Below, piece by piece: positions 46,571-55,880 of a stretch of DNA of 64,000 bases. Source of the DNA: a bacterium (GTDB lineage Bacteria > Electryoneota > Electryoneia > Electryoneales > Electryoneaceae); contig CAXXKJ010000002.1 of assembly GCA_963675295.2 (NCBI GenBank), positions 1,952,001 to 2,016,000 on the forward strand, written 5' to 3'. A model generated the notes under the pieces. That model saw only the letters and a program-made list of their open reading frames with translations. It was not told the origin of the DNA and did not search any database. How positions within the stretch are numbered: the first letter of the stretch is position 1; each line of letters starts with the position of its first letter. Position numbers and translations under genes: made by a program.

Positions 46571-47359
46571 GTGAGGTGGTGGCCAAGCTGGCTTCGGATC
46601 GGAAGAAAACGTTCTCGCCGTCCCGGGGCTCAGTGGTCGATGTCCCAGTTGGAGAACAAGATCGGGTACCGGTTCAAGGACCGCGATCTGCTCGACAGTG
46701 CGCTGAAACATCGCAGTGTCATCGTCACCACCGGCGAAACCCGTGAGGACACGAACGAGCGTCTCGAGTTTCTTGGTGATGCGGTGCTGGATCTGATTGT
46801 GCGCGAAACGTTGCTCGAGTTGTTTCCCGGCGCACGGGAAGGCCAGCTCACTCGTTACAAGAGTCAACAGGTCAGCGGAAGGCAGCTCGCCCGTCTCGCC
46901 AGGCAGATGGAGCTTGGGCAGTATCTCCAGATGAGCCAGGGGGAGGAGCGCAGTGGCGGGCGTGGCCGCAGCAGCATTCTCGAAGACGCAATGGAAGCGT
47001 TAATCGGTGCGATTTATCTCGACGGTGGCTTGCCGCCGGCCAGGAAATTCATCGAACGCTTCATTTCTCAGAAGGTGCGGCCCGGTCATGAACCGGAACG
47101 GGATCGCAACCACAAGAGCCTGTTGCTTGAGCATGTGCAGTCTCGTGGCATGAAGCATCCGACGTACCGTGTGGTCAGTGAAAACGGTCCGGATCATGCC
47201 AAGGTCTTCACGGTGGAAGTTGTCGTCGAAGACAGGGTGTTTGGCTCAGGCCAGGGCCGAAGTAAAAAACAAGCGGAACAGAGCGCGGCTCGCGAAGCCC
47301 TGAAGCAACTGCGAGGTTCTGAAAACGGAAACGATTCGGACACCGAGCCGGAGTCATAA
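46571..47359 (+). CDS. rnc: Ribonuclease III
   Basis: NERLEFLGDAVL, EALIGAIYLD and dsRBD (GPDH, GRSKKQAEQ); alternative start at 46640. Confidence 0.97.
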   Translation: MRWWPSWLRIGRKRSRRPGAQWSMSQLENKIGYRFKDRDLLDSALKHRSVIVTTGETREDTNERLEFLGDAVLDLIVRETLLELFPGAREGQLTRYKSQQVSGRQLARLARQMELGQYLQMSQGEERSGGRGRSSILEDAMEALIGAIYLDGGLPPARKFIERFISQKVRPGHEPERDRNHKSLLLEHVQSRGMKHPTYRVVSENGPDHAKVFTVEVVVEDRVFGSGQGRSKKQAEQSAAREALKQLRGSENGNDSDTEPES

Positions 47360-47456
47360 CGTTTCCAGCGGTTTGCTGAGTGCAGAATGGGCAGGACGCA
47401 GTCGCCAGACAATTGGACATCACAACGGACCCCCCGCGGCGCAAGGAGGAAGAGGT

Positions 47457-48614
47457 ATGGATTACCATCTTGACGATTTCCAACAGGAACTGGTAGCGCA
47501 GGCGAATCGTATCGGACGAGAGAAGATTCGGCCGGTTGCCGCGGAGCTTGATATTTCTGGCGAATTTCCGTGGGACATCGTGAAGATCTTCGCGGATTCC
47601 GGCTTCTACGGCCTCTGGGTTCCGGAAGAATACGGCGGTGTCAGCCGTGGCATCATGGATCTCGTGCTGGTCACCGAAGAGCTGTCGAAGTTCTGCGGCG
47701 GGATCTCGCTGGCCGTCGCGGCGAGCGCGTTGGGCACCTTCCCGATCGTGATTTCCGGCAGCGACGCGCAGAAGGAGAAGTACCTGCCGATGCTGGCCGC
47801 CGGCGAAGGGCTGGCCGCGTTTGGTCTCACCGAAGCGTCCGCCGGTTCGGACGCCGGGTCGATCCAGACACGTGCGGAGAAGAAGGGCGACAAGTACATC
47901 CTCAACGGGTCAAAGGTGTTCATCACCAACGGCGGCGTGGCAAAGGTGTACACCGTGATCGCCAGCACCGACCCGGAAAAGGGTACCCGTGGCGCGAGTG
48001 CGTTCATCGTTGAAGATGGCACGCCGGGCTTCACCTTCGGCAAGAAAGAAGACAAGATGGGCATCCGCGCCTCGGCGACGATGGAGCTCGTCTTTGACAA
48101 CTGCGAAATTCCGGCGGAGAATCTGATCGGCCGTGAGGGTGAAGGGTTCATGGTCGCGATGAAGACGCTCGACAGAAGCCGTCCCGGTGTCGCCGCGCAG
48201 GCGCTCGGTATTGCGGCGGGTGCATTGGATCTGTCGGTCCAGTATGCGTCCCAGCGTGAGCAGTTCGGCCAAAGCATCATCCGCTTCCAGGCGATCCAGA
48301 CCATGCTATCCGACATGGCGACCAAGGTCGAGGCCGCACGAGCGATGTTGTACGCGACCGCTCGGATGATCGACGGCGGCGCGAAGTCGTATGCGAAGGA
48401 ATCGGCGATGTGTAAGGTGTACGCCTCCGACGTCGCGATGGATGTGACAACGGATGCGGTGCAGATCTTTGGCGGGTACGGCTACATGCGGGACTACCCG
48501 GTGGAGAAGATGATGCGTGACGCCAAGATCACGCAGATCTACGAAGGCACCAACCAGATTCAGCGGATGGTGATCGCGCGTAACCTGATCAAGGAAGCGC
48601 AGCGGGCCAGTTGA
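47457..48614 (+). CDS. Acyl-CoA dehydrogenase (butyryl-CoA dehydrogenase-like)
   Basis: FGLTE..AGSD, FITNG, GGYGYM.DYP and IYEGTNQIQR motifs. Confidence 0.95.
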   Translation: MDYHLDDFQQELVAQANRIGREKIRPVAAELDISGEFPWDIVKIFADSGFYGLWVPEEYGGVSRGIMDLVLVTEELSKFCGGISLAVAASALGTFPIVISGSDAQKEKYLPMLAAGEGLAAFGLTEASAGSDAGSIQTRAEKKGDKYILNGSKVFITNGGVAKVYTVIASTDPEKGTRGASAFIVEDGTPGFTFGKKEDKMGIRASATMELVFDNCEIPAENLIGREGEGFMVAMKTLDRSRPGVAAQALGIAAGALDLSVQYASQREQFGQSIIRFQAIQTMLSDMATKVEAARAMLYATARMIDGGAKSYAKESAMCKVYASDVAMDVTTDAVQIFGGYGYMRDYPVEKMMRDAKITQIYEGTNQIQRMVIARNLIKEAQRAS

Positions 48615-48624
48615 TGAAAGGCAG

Positions 48625-48652
48625 TCGTGAGTTGTGAGTGATGAGTTATGAG
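48625..48652. repeat. Heptamer array NNNTGAG x4
   Basis: tcgtgag ttgtgag tgatgag ttatgag. Confidence 0.75.
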
Positions 48653-48786
48653 TGACTTCCTCATGCCATGGACACATGTCCGTGGCATTTTTCTCTCGAT
48701 GCAGTTCTGATTCGGGGTTCATCCTGACAGGATCAATCGGTTATCTTCCAGCAAAACCGCAGCCGTGTGTTGGCACGTAACCCGGC

Positions 48787-48861
48787 CCCGGACTGAAGTC
48801 CGAGGGCGTGGCGGGCGTGGGATTTCCATGCCTCGCGTATCCCGGGCTGAAGCCCGAGGGC
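48787..48861. repeat. Two REP-like hairpins with a TGAA loop
   Basis: CCCGGACTGAAGTCCGAGGGC (48787-48807) and CCCGGGCTGAAGCCCGAGGGC (48841-48861), with a compensatory stem change. Confidence 0.75.
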
Positions 48862-48893
48862 ATGGGCACACAGAATTCGCGTTGTAAATTCGG

Positions 48894-48928
48894 CTCACAG
48901 CTCACAGCTCACAGCTCACAGCTCAAAG
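48894..48928. repeat. Heptamer array (CTCACAG)x4 plus CTCAAAG
   Basis: Read directly from the sequence. Confidence 0.9.
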
Positions 48929-48943
48929 TTCAGGATTCACTCC

Positions 48944-49921
48944 ATGAAAATCGCAATCGGTGGCGCGTCGGGGTTGGTCGGGCAGACGTTGCTCGAGTTG
49001 CTCGCGCAGGAACCGTGGACAACGCACCAGGTGATCTCGTTTTCCAGCGAACGGTCGGCCGGCGGAGAGGTGTTGCGCGGCAGCGAACGGTTGCCGTTGC
49101 AGCCGTTGCCGGATGATCCGCCGATTGGGATTGACGTGTTGCTCAGCGCGTTGCCGAATGATGTCGCGAAACGCGTCGTCCCGCGGTGGCGGGACGCGAA
49201 CGTGCTGGTGATCGACAAGAGCAGCGTCTTCCGGATGCAGTATGACGTACCGCTGGTGATCCCCGAGGTGAACGGGAAAATCGTCGAACGCTCGCATCGT
49301 CTCATCGCGACGCCGAATTGCACGACGACGCCGGTCGCGGTGGCGTTGAAACCGATCCGTGACGAGGTCGGGATCACCGATGTCCGGGTTAGCAGTTACC
49401 AGTCGGTTTCCGGCGCGGGCAGCGCGGCGATGGACGCGTGGGTGGCGGAAGAACGCGGGCATCCGGTGAAGAACTCGCCGCTCGGCGCACCGATGCACCG
49501 GAACGTGATCCCGTTGATCGGCGGCTTGGACAACCAGGGCCACTCCAGCGAGGAACGCAAGCTGTCACGTGAGCTGTCGAAGATCCTCGACCTGATCGGC
49601 CTGCCGGTGGAGAGTACCAGTGTGCGCGTGCCGGTCGCCGCCGGGCATGGCATGGCGGTGGAAGTCGGTACGGAAAAGGACATTACGCCGGAGCAGGCGA
49701 TCGAATGGTGGCAGGCGATGCCGGGTGTGGTCGTGCACACGAATCCGCAGAAACCACCGACACCGTTGGATGCCGCTGGCAACGACGACGTTCACATTGG
49801 CCGGGTGCGCCGTCCGATCAGCCGCAAGAACGCGCTGCTCTTCTGGGTCGTGTCGGACAACCTGCGCAAGGGTGCGGCGACCAACTCGCTGCAGATCCTC
49901 AAGACCTGGATGTCACTGTAG
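48944..49921 (+). CDS. asd: Aspartate-semialdehyde dehydrogenase
   Basis: GASGLVG, PNCTT, YQSVSGAG, RVPV..GH and DNLRKGAATN motifs. Confidence 0.95.
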   Translation: MKIAIGGASGLVGQTLLELLAQEPWTTHQVISFSSERSAGGEVLRGSERLPLQPLPDDPPIGIDVLLSALPNDVAKRVVPRWRDANVLVIDKSSVFRMQYDVPLVIPEVNGKIVERSHRLIATPNCTTTPVAVALKPIRDEVGITDVRVSSYQSVSGAGSAAMDAWVAEERGHPVKNSPLGAPMHRNVIPLIGGLDNQGHSSEERKLSRELSKILDLIGLPVESTSVRVPVAAGHGMAVEVGTEKDITPEQAIEWWQAMPGVVVHTNPQKPPTPLDAAGNDDVHIGRVRRPISRKNALLFWVVSDNLRKGAATNSLQILKTWMSL

Positions 49922-52522
49922 CGCGCCGACTTCGTTTGCCATCGTGTCGTACAGTTTTCGTCCGAACGCGCTGATCTCATCCCACCGCGACCGGATCTCA
50001 TCCACACTTAAGCCTGCTGCTTCGGCGAATCGTTCGCCTTCCTGGCCGGACACCGGAACGTCACCGCGCCGGTGCGCGCTGGCAAACGTTTGCACCAACT
50101 CCCAGCGCCGCAGCTCGGTGTAGCAGTCAAACGCCCGCCGCCAGTCGGTTTCGTGGTTGTGATCCCGGGATTCGAGCAGCCGCAGACGTGTGAACAGCGA
50201 GTCGCCGGACCCATTGGTGGTCAGGCCAGTGCGCCAGAACGCGAACATCGCCGCAAACTCAAAATCCATCATCCCGCCGCGCGCTTTCTTAATCCGCAGT
50301 ACGCCTTGCTTTGCCCGCGCGAGCTCGCTGGCTTTTTTCCGCGCCTGGTGGATGCGGGGCATCTCATCCGGCGTGGGCGGCATCGCGGCGAATTCTTTCA
50401 GCAGGTGCTGCGCATTGGTGCCGACCCAACGGTCGCCAGTGATGTATCGTGAACGGGCCAACGCCAGCTTCTCCCACGTCGCGGCGCGGGAGCTGAGGTA
50501 GTTTTCCAGCCGCGAGAGGGTGACGCACAGTGGTGCGCCGGATCCTTCGGGACGCAGCCGCGCGTCTGGGGTCAGCCGGCCGTTGAGGGACAGAGTGCTG
50601 AGGAAACCGGTGACCGTGTAGACGGCGTCTGACAGCTTGTCCGATTCGGCTTCGTCGCAGATGAACAGCAGGTCGAGATCGCCGTCCGGAGCCAGTTCAC
50701 GCCCGCCCCATTTTCCTCCGGCGAGCAGGGCGATGCCCGGGTGACGATCTGTTGCATCGAGAACCCCACGCGCGAGCATTGTGGCCAGTTTGTCGACGCC
50801 GTGAGTCCAGGTTTCGGTCAATTCCTCGGGCCCGACGGCACCCGCGAGGAACGCTTCCCCGAGCTGAAAGGTGAGGTCGCCCATCTGCTTGTTCAGCATC
50901 TCGAGCGTACCCATCTCCGGCATCGGGTAGGAGTTCGCGCCGAGACGTTCCCACAGGAACGGGCGCTGGTTGGCTTCCTCGACGATCCGGCGTCCGTGCA
51001 GCAGGATGCGCGAGATGTCACGTTTGACAGCAGGACGTTCGCCGAAGGCCATGGTCCACGTTTCCGGCCCGCCGTACGCCTGCACCGCGGCTTCGAGCCG
51101 GGCCAGGGCATCGGTTGCGGACGGCGAGGTGAACAGGACTTCGGCGTCGAACAGGCGTGTCGCGGGTCCCCAGCGTCCGGAGAGACGATTCAGGATGGAT
51201 TGTGCTCGAGAATCCAGGCGTTGGGCGCCCGGGATGGCGTCGGGTTCTGCTTGCGGGTCGATCGTGGCGGTTCCGGCATAGACGGCTTCAGCAGTATCCG
51301 GCAAAGCTTCCTCAAGGATTTGTTGGGTGGACCGGCAGTGTTGCTGCCAGGTTGTCTCGAAAACCTGCGGAAGTATACCGAAAGCGTACGCCACTCGATT
51401 GTGAGCCAGATCACCGGGATCGGGAACGATGAACCGTGGTTTGCACTCCTCAACCTGCAGGATATGTTCGAGGCGGCGGAGGAACCGGTAGCTGTCAAGC
51501 AGTTGCTCAGCTTGATCGCCGGAGATCAAGTCCGATTGAGCCAGCTGGCGGAGCAGACCGGGCATGCTGCCCTGTCGCAGCGACGGTTCCTGTGCACCCT
51601 CCGCGATCTGGTACGACGCGACGAGGAATTCGATGTCGCGTATACCACCGGGTGCCCGTTTCAGGTCGCGTGGGCGGGCGTTGTCGTGTATGTTGCGCAG
51701 CGAGCGCACGATCGCTTCCATTTTTGTGCGTACATCACCACCCATCGAAAACAGGAAATGGTTCAGCAGTTGCCGGAACCAGGATGGTTCCTCGCCGGAG
51801 ACAGGACGGGCGCGCAGCCATGCGATCCGTTCCCACGAGGATGCGCGTTGCAGGAAATAGCGTTCCGCGAGCGCCAGTGGCCACGCCAGCGGTCCGGCGT
51901 CCCCCTCGGGACGCAACCGCAGGTCGACGGTGTAGACAGGGTTGGTGCGGGATCCGGACATCTGCTTGTTCCAGCCGCGCACCAATCGGTCGCTGGTTTC
52001 CGGATTCAGCTCCGGATCGGCGAAGAACACCGGGTCAATGTCGCTGGCGGCGTTGAGTTCGCGTCCGCCCCATTTACCGAGCGCAAACAGCAGCAGCTGC
52101 GGTGGGTTGGCGTTGACGGAGGCCAGAGTCTGCCGTGACAGCCGGTCGGCGAGCTCGGCGTAAGCGGCGGCTGACTGTTCGACGCCAAGTTCGCCGGTTT
52201 GCTCCCGGGCGACGGTCCACAACCAGGCGACGGTCTTGTATGCTGCGAGTGGCAGGGACGGAATATCTGGAAGATGGTCGCTACCGAGGGCTGAGGACAG
52301 GTGTTCGGTGTGACGCACGGCGAGGTTGACCGGTGCATCCCCGGCGATGACCAGTGCCGCGAGCCGGTTGACGGACTCAGGCTTTGCGAGGATCGGTTCC
52401 GCAATTGTGGCCGGCAGCTGGTCGAGCATGGCGAGACGACGGTCCCGTGCCTGCGGATCGGGATAGTCCGCGAGCCGGTCGAGCAGCGTGGAGCGCAGTG
52501 GGGTGCCGGGATCGTCCATCAT
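49913..52522 (-). CDS. glnE: Bifunctional glutamine synthetase adenylyltransferase/deadenylase-like protein (compact)
   Basis: Two NTase modules: GKWGGRELNAASDID...DLRLRPEG...WER...KRAPGGIRDIEF and GKWGGRELAPDGDLD...DARLRPEG...WEK...GGMMDFEF. Confidence 0.85.
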   Translation of the reverse strand: MMDDPGTPLRSTLLDRLADYPDPQARDRRLAMLDQLPATIAEPILAKPESVNRLAALVIAGDAPVNLAVRHTEHLSSALGSDHLPDIPSLPLAAYKTVAWLWTVAREQTGELGVEQSAAAYAELADRLSRQTLASVNANPPQLLLFALGKWGGRELNAASDIDPVFFADPELNPETSDRLVRGWNKQMSGSRTNPVYTVDLRLRPEGDAGPLAWPLALAERYFLQRASSWERIAWLRARPVSGEEPSWFRQLLNHFLFSMGGDVRTKMEAIVRSLRNIHDNARPRDLKRAPGGIRDIEFLVASYQIAEGAQEPSLRQGSMPGLLRQLAQSDLISGDQAEQLLDSYRFLRRLEHILQVEECKPRFIVPDPGDLAHNRVAYAFGILPQVFETTWQQHCRSTQQILEEALPDTAEAVYAGTATIDPQAEPDAIPGAQRLDSRAQSILNRLSGRWGPATRLFDAEVLFTSPSATDALARLEAAVQAYGGPETWTMAFGERPAVKRDISRILLHGRRIVEEANQRPFLWERLGANSYPMPEMGTLEMLNKQMGDLTFQLGEAFLAGAVGPEELTETWTHGVDKLATMLARGVLDATDRHPGIALLAGGKWGGRELAPDGDLDLLFICDEAESDKLSDAVYTVTGFLSTLSLNGRLTPDARLRPEGSGAPLCVTLSRLENYLSSRAATWEKLALARSRYITGDRWVGTNAQHLLKEFAAMPPTPDEMPRIHQARKKASELARAKQGVLRIKKARGGMMDFEFAAMFAFWRTGLTTNGSGDSLFTRLRLLESRDHNHETDWRRAFDCYTELRRWELVQTFASAHRRGDVPVSGQEGERFAEAAGLSVDEIRSRWDEISAFGRKLYDTMANEVGALQ

Positions 52523-52682
52523 GGCGGGAAGGTAGGGCGGTCATGGGATACGGGCAATTCTTCGCGACTGCGGAATCGTGGAGCCCGTGGACAATCAGAT
52601 GCAAACAGAGTCGTGATGGACTGGCGTTTCGCCCTGTTGAAGTGCCATGTTTCTCTGTTCTTGAAACGCGGAGGAGGTGGGG

Positions 52683-55325
52683 ATGAAACGGTTGCTGACA
52701 GTCTTGATTCTAATCACGCTGACTGCGGGAGTGGCGCAGGCGACGCCCTATGTCGATCCACAGGAATTGCACGAACAGGCAGAGCTTCGCGCGCGTACCG
52801 TGCCGCGAGGTCCGCTGACATTTGACGGGATTCTGGACACACGCAATGTCGCCGACAGTGTGCTGACAGTCGAATATCTCCAGATGCTCGACTGGCTCAC
52901 CACGATGCAGGAACTCGGTCCGGGAGAGGATTTCGGCGGCATGCACGAGGGCGAGACGACGACGTGGGATATCGTTCAGACTGACAACACCCAGGAAGCG
53001 TTGCGGGACTGGTCGCATTATGCCCGCATCACCGGCGATCTCGACCGCTACGAGGTAAATGTGGACGCTGCCTGGACCTATACGTTAAACAATCCTGCCT
53101 ATCTCGAGGAGGGCGGAGGAGATCCGAACTATTACCGCGTCCACAATTGCGGCTGGGCGCTGGTCGCGGCAATGGAATACACCGAGGCGTACGGGGAGGA
53201 CGACGACTACCTGGCGTACGCCGATTCCTGCGCCCGATATCTCGACACCTGGCGCCTGACCTGGCCGGAAACAGGCGTGTATGTCAACCCGCTCTCCGCG
53301 TCGTTCGGTGCGGGAGCGTTGCATACCTACGCCCTGTGGCGGGACAACGCCCAGTGGGAGATTGCCGCCGAAGAGATCGCGATGAGTGTGAAGCAGTGGA
53401 TCGAGGCGGACCCGGAACGGCTCAACTACAACGAGATATGGGCGATGAGTGGCGGCACGGCGATGTGGGGAATCATTACCGCCCTGTTCCTCGACAATGT
53501 GCCCGCCGGGGAAGCGTGGCTGCCGAACTACCTCCCCTACATGGACACCTACTCCGGGTCCGGACAGTGGAACAACTCATGGACGGTCTGGTACGGCTTC
53601 GCATGGAACCGGGCGCATGATGTGCTCGACACGCAGGAGACGCTCGACAACGCAATCGTGGTCGCCGATTACATGCTCGCGGAAGGCGATCTGGATGACG
53701 ACGCGGGCGTGCCCGGCACAGAAGGGTTAAGCCAGGACGACCAGTCCTGGACCAGCGCCTACCAGGTCTGGTATGAGCTGGAACAGCTGATTCACCGCAA
53801 TCCGGAAGGTCCGGATCCGACGGTGCTCGGGCTGACCGGCATGCCGGACACCTGGCCGCTGATCGTCGGCTTGGAAACGCCGGTCGCCGGCGAGATTGCC
53901 AACGCCGGGCTGCTGCCCAGCCCACCGGACAATTTGCTCTGTTCGTTGACCTTCACGTTGCCGGATCAAACGGTGACGGTCGATGAAATCCCGGTGCCGT
54001 TCGGGACCGTCGTCTCCGGCTCGATGGGCATGTGGACCCCGCAGCAGGCGGGCACGGTGACGATCTCGCTCGAGGTCAGCGCGCCGGGCGATGTCAACCT
54101 CGACAACAACACGTATTCGCAGCAGTTCACGGTACATCCGGCGCGGACGATCAGCGGGGTGATGCTCGACTCATTGACCAACGAACCGATCGAAGGCGAA
54201 GTCCACTGGACGCAGCTCGATCTGGAACCGGTGCGTGAGGGCACCGTCGCGATCGACCCGTCCACGGGAGAGTACTCGTTAACGGTCGCAGAGGGCACCT
54301 ACGAGCTGCATGCGCAGCCGAGTGTAACCCCATACCCGCCTCGCACGGTCCTAGTAACGGTCACGAACTCGGATATCGACGACGCCGACTTTCTCATTCC
54401 GCCGTCATCGGTGATGTATGTGACCACGAATGCTGATGCGACAAGCGACACGCTGCTGATGGACGCGTTCGCGGCGAACGGGAAGGAAATGTTCGTCTGG
54501 AACTACAACGAACGCGGTTTGCCCGGTGAGGATATCCTCACGGAACAGCTGGATGTGTTGATCTGGAGCGTGGAGCAGGGGTCAGACCTCAGCTTCGATC
54601 CGGACCAGTGGAACCAGATCACCACGTTCCTCGCAGATGAGGACAGCCGTTCCGGAATGCTGTTCTCTGGCGACGGCGTGATGCACTCGCTGAGCGAGGA
54701 CCAGCGCAGCCGGCTCGGTGTTGAGCTGGGAATGGCCGATCAGATCGGGCCGATCATCGCTGGCACAAATGATCCGGTACTGCCGGCGTCCGATTCGCTG
54801 TTTGTCGGCGCACTGCTGCCGCAGCAGGCGGTGGATGAGGTGATTCCGGTGAGCCAGGCGGCAGAAACGATCGGGATCGCGTTGGGGCCGGACATTTCGG
54901 CCGGTGCATTGATCGACCGCTGGGCGCAGATCGGTATCGGCGTGCTCAGCTTCAGCGTTGAGGGGATTAACGATCTCGGCGGCCGGTTCGTGTCCCGCGA
55001 AGAGTTCGTTGGCCGGCTGCTGGACTGGTTCGGCACGACGACCGAGGTAGCGGAATCCGGGCAGACGTCCGAACTGTTGCCGGACGCATGGTCGTTGCGT
55101 GCGTGGCCGAACCCGTTCAACCCGTCGCTGCACATTGAGGTGAACGCGGCAGCGGAAACAAACCTGGTGCTCTTTGACATTCTCGGCCGGGAGGTGACCC
55201 GATGGAATGTCAAGGGCAACCGTACCTTGCACTGGGAAGCGACCGGGCTGGCGACGGGGATGTATTTCCTGCGTCTCGATGCCGGACCGCACACACGTGT
55301 ACAGAAACTGGTGTTGCTGCGCTGA
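52683..55325 (+). CDS. Large secreted protein: alpha/alpha-barrel-like N-terminus, CARDB and carboxypeptidase-regulatory-like domains, T9SS type-A-like C-terminal domain
   Basis: Signal peptide; Trp/Tyr-rich helical repeats; DVNLDNN; ISGVMLDSLTNEPI; C-terminal WPNPFNP...FDILGREV...GMYFLRL...KLVLLR. Confidence 0.8.
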   Translation: MKRLLTVLILITLTAGVAQATPYVDPQELHEQAELRARTVPRGPLTFDGILDTRNVADSVLTVEYLQMLDWLTTMQELGPGEDFGGMHEGETTTWDIVQTDNTQEALRDWSHYARITGDLDRYEVNVDAAWTYTLNNPAYLEEGGGDPNYYRVHNCGWALVAAMEYTEAYGEDDDYLAYADSCARYLDTWRLTWPETGVYVNPLSASFGAGALHTYALWRDNAQWEIAAEEIAMSVKQWIEADPERLNYNEIWAMSGGTAMWGIITALFLDNVPAGEAWLPNYLPYMDTYSGSGQWNNSWTVWYGFAWNRAHDVLDTQETLDNAIVVADYMLAEGDLDDDAGVPGTEGLSQDDQSWTSAYQVWYELEQLIHRNPEGPDPTVLGLTGMPDTWPLIVGLETPVAGEIANAGLLPSPPDNLLCSLTFTLPDQTVTVDEIPVPFGTVVSGSMGMWTPQQAGTVTISLEVSAPGDVNLDNNTYSQQFTVHPARTISGVMLDSLTNEPIEGEVHWTQLDLEPVREGTVAIDPSTGEYSLTVAEGTYELHAQPSVTPYPPRTVLVTVTNSDIDDADFLIPPSSVMYVTTNADATSDTLLMDAFAANGKEMFVWNYNERGLPGEDILTEQLDVLIWSVEQGSDLSFDPDQWNQITTFLADEDSRSGMLFSGDGVMHSLSEDQRSRLGVELGMADQIGPIIAGTNDPVLPASDSLFVGALLPQQAVDEVIPVSQAAETIGIALGPDISAGALIDRWAQIGIGVLSFSVEGINDLGGRFVSREEFVGRLLDWFGTTTEVAESGQTSELLPDAWSLRAWPNPFNPSLHIEVNAAAETNLVLFDILGREVTRWNVKGNRTLHWEATGLATGMYFLRLDAGPHTRVQKLVLLR

Positions 55326-55394
55326 TGGTGGTACACCGGATCGGACAACGTGTTGCGTGGCTCGACATGGCTGGAACTTCTCAGGCAGGTCATG

Positions 55395-55423
55395 TTGCCG
55401 CATACCCGCGTCCGCCTTATCTT
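55395..55423 (+). promoter_or_regulatory. Putative sigma70 promoter of the Rsb-like operon
   Basis: TTGCCG-N17-TATCTT. Confidence 0.5.
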
Positions 55424-55490
55424 GCGTGATCGAATTTCGGCGGAATGACCGTCGATGGGGAGAGGAACCGATTCTTCGAGGGAGCACTCG

Positions 55491-55832
55491 ATGAAACTCA
55501 AAAGTGAACGCCATGGCAGCGTGGTCGTGATGGAGTTGAAGGGCAAAGTGATGGGCGGCCCGGACGCGACCGTGTTCCGTGATGAATTGAAGAAGCATCT
55601 GGATGATGGCATCCGCAAGGTCGTGGTTGACCTCGGCAGGGTGGACTGGATGAACTCGTCCGGGCTGGGGATTCTCATCGGTGGGTTAACCACGGTGAAG
55701 AACCTCAGCGGCGAGATGAAGCTTGCCCGCACGACGGACAAGATCCAGTCCCTGCTGATGATCACCAAGTTGGTGCAGGTGTTCGACACCCACGAAAGCG
55801 TGGAATCGGCCATCGCCTCATTCAGCGAGTAG
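55491..55832 (+). CDS. STAS-domain anti-sigma factor antagonist (RsbV/SpoIIAA-like)
   Basis: VVDLGRVDWMNSSGLGILI motif. Confidence 0.93.
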   Translation: MKLKSERHGSVVVMELKGKVMGGPDATVFRDELKKHLDDGIRKVVVDLGRVDWMNSSGLGILIGGLTTVKNLSGEMKLARTTDKIQSLLMITKLVQVFDTHESVESAIASFSE

Positions 55833-55880
55833 TTCGCAACGGGAAAGCCTGCCCGTAGTTGTGGGACTGGCGGTTAAGCG

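Noticed and set aside
48894-48928. Possible CRISPR or contingency repeat
   Set aside because: 7-bp units without spacers, no cas genes, and the array is intergenic so it cannot shift a reading frame
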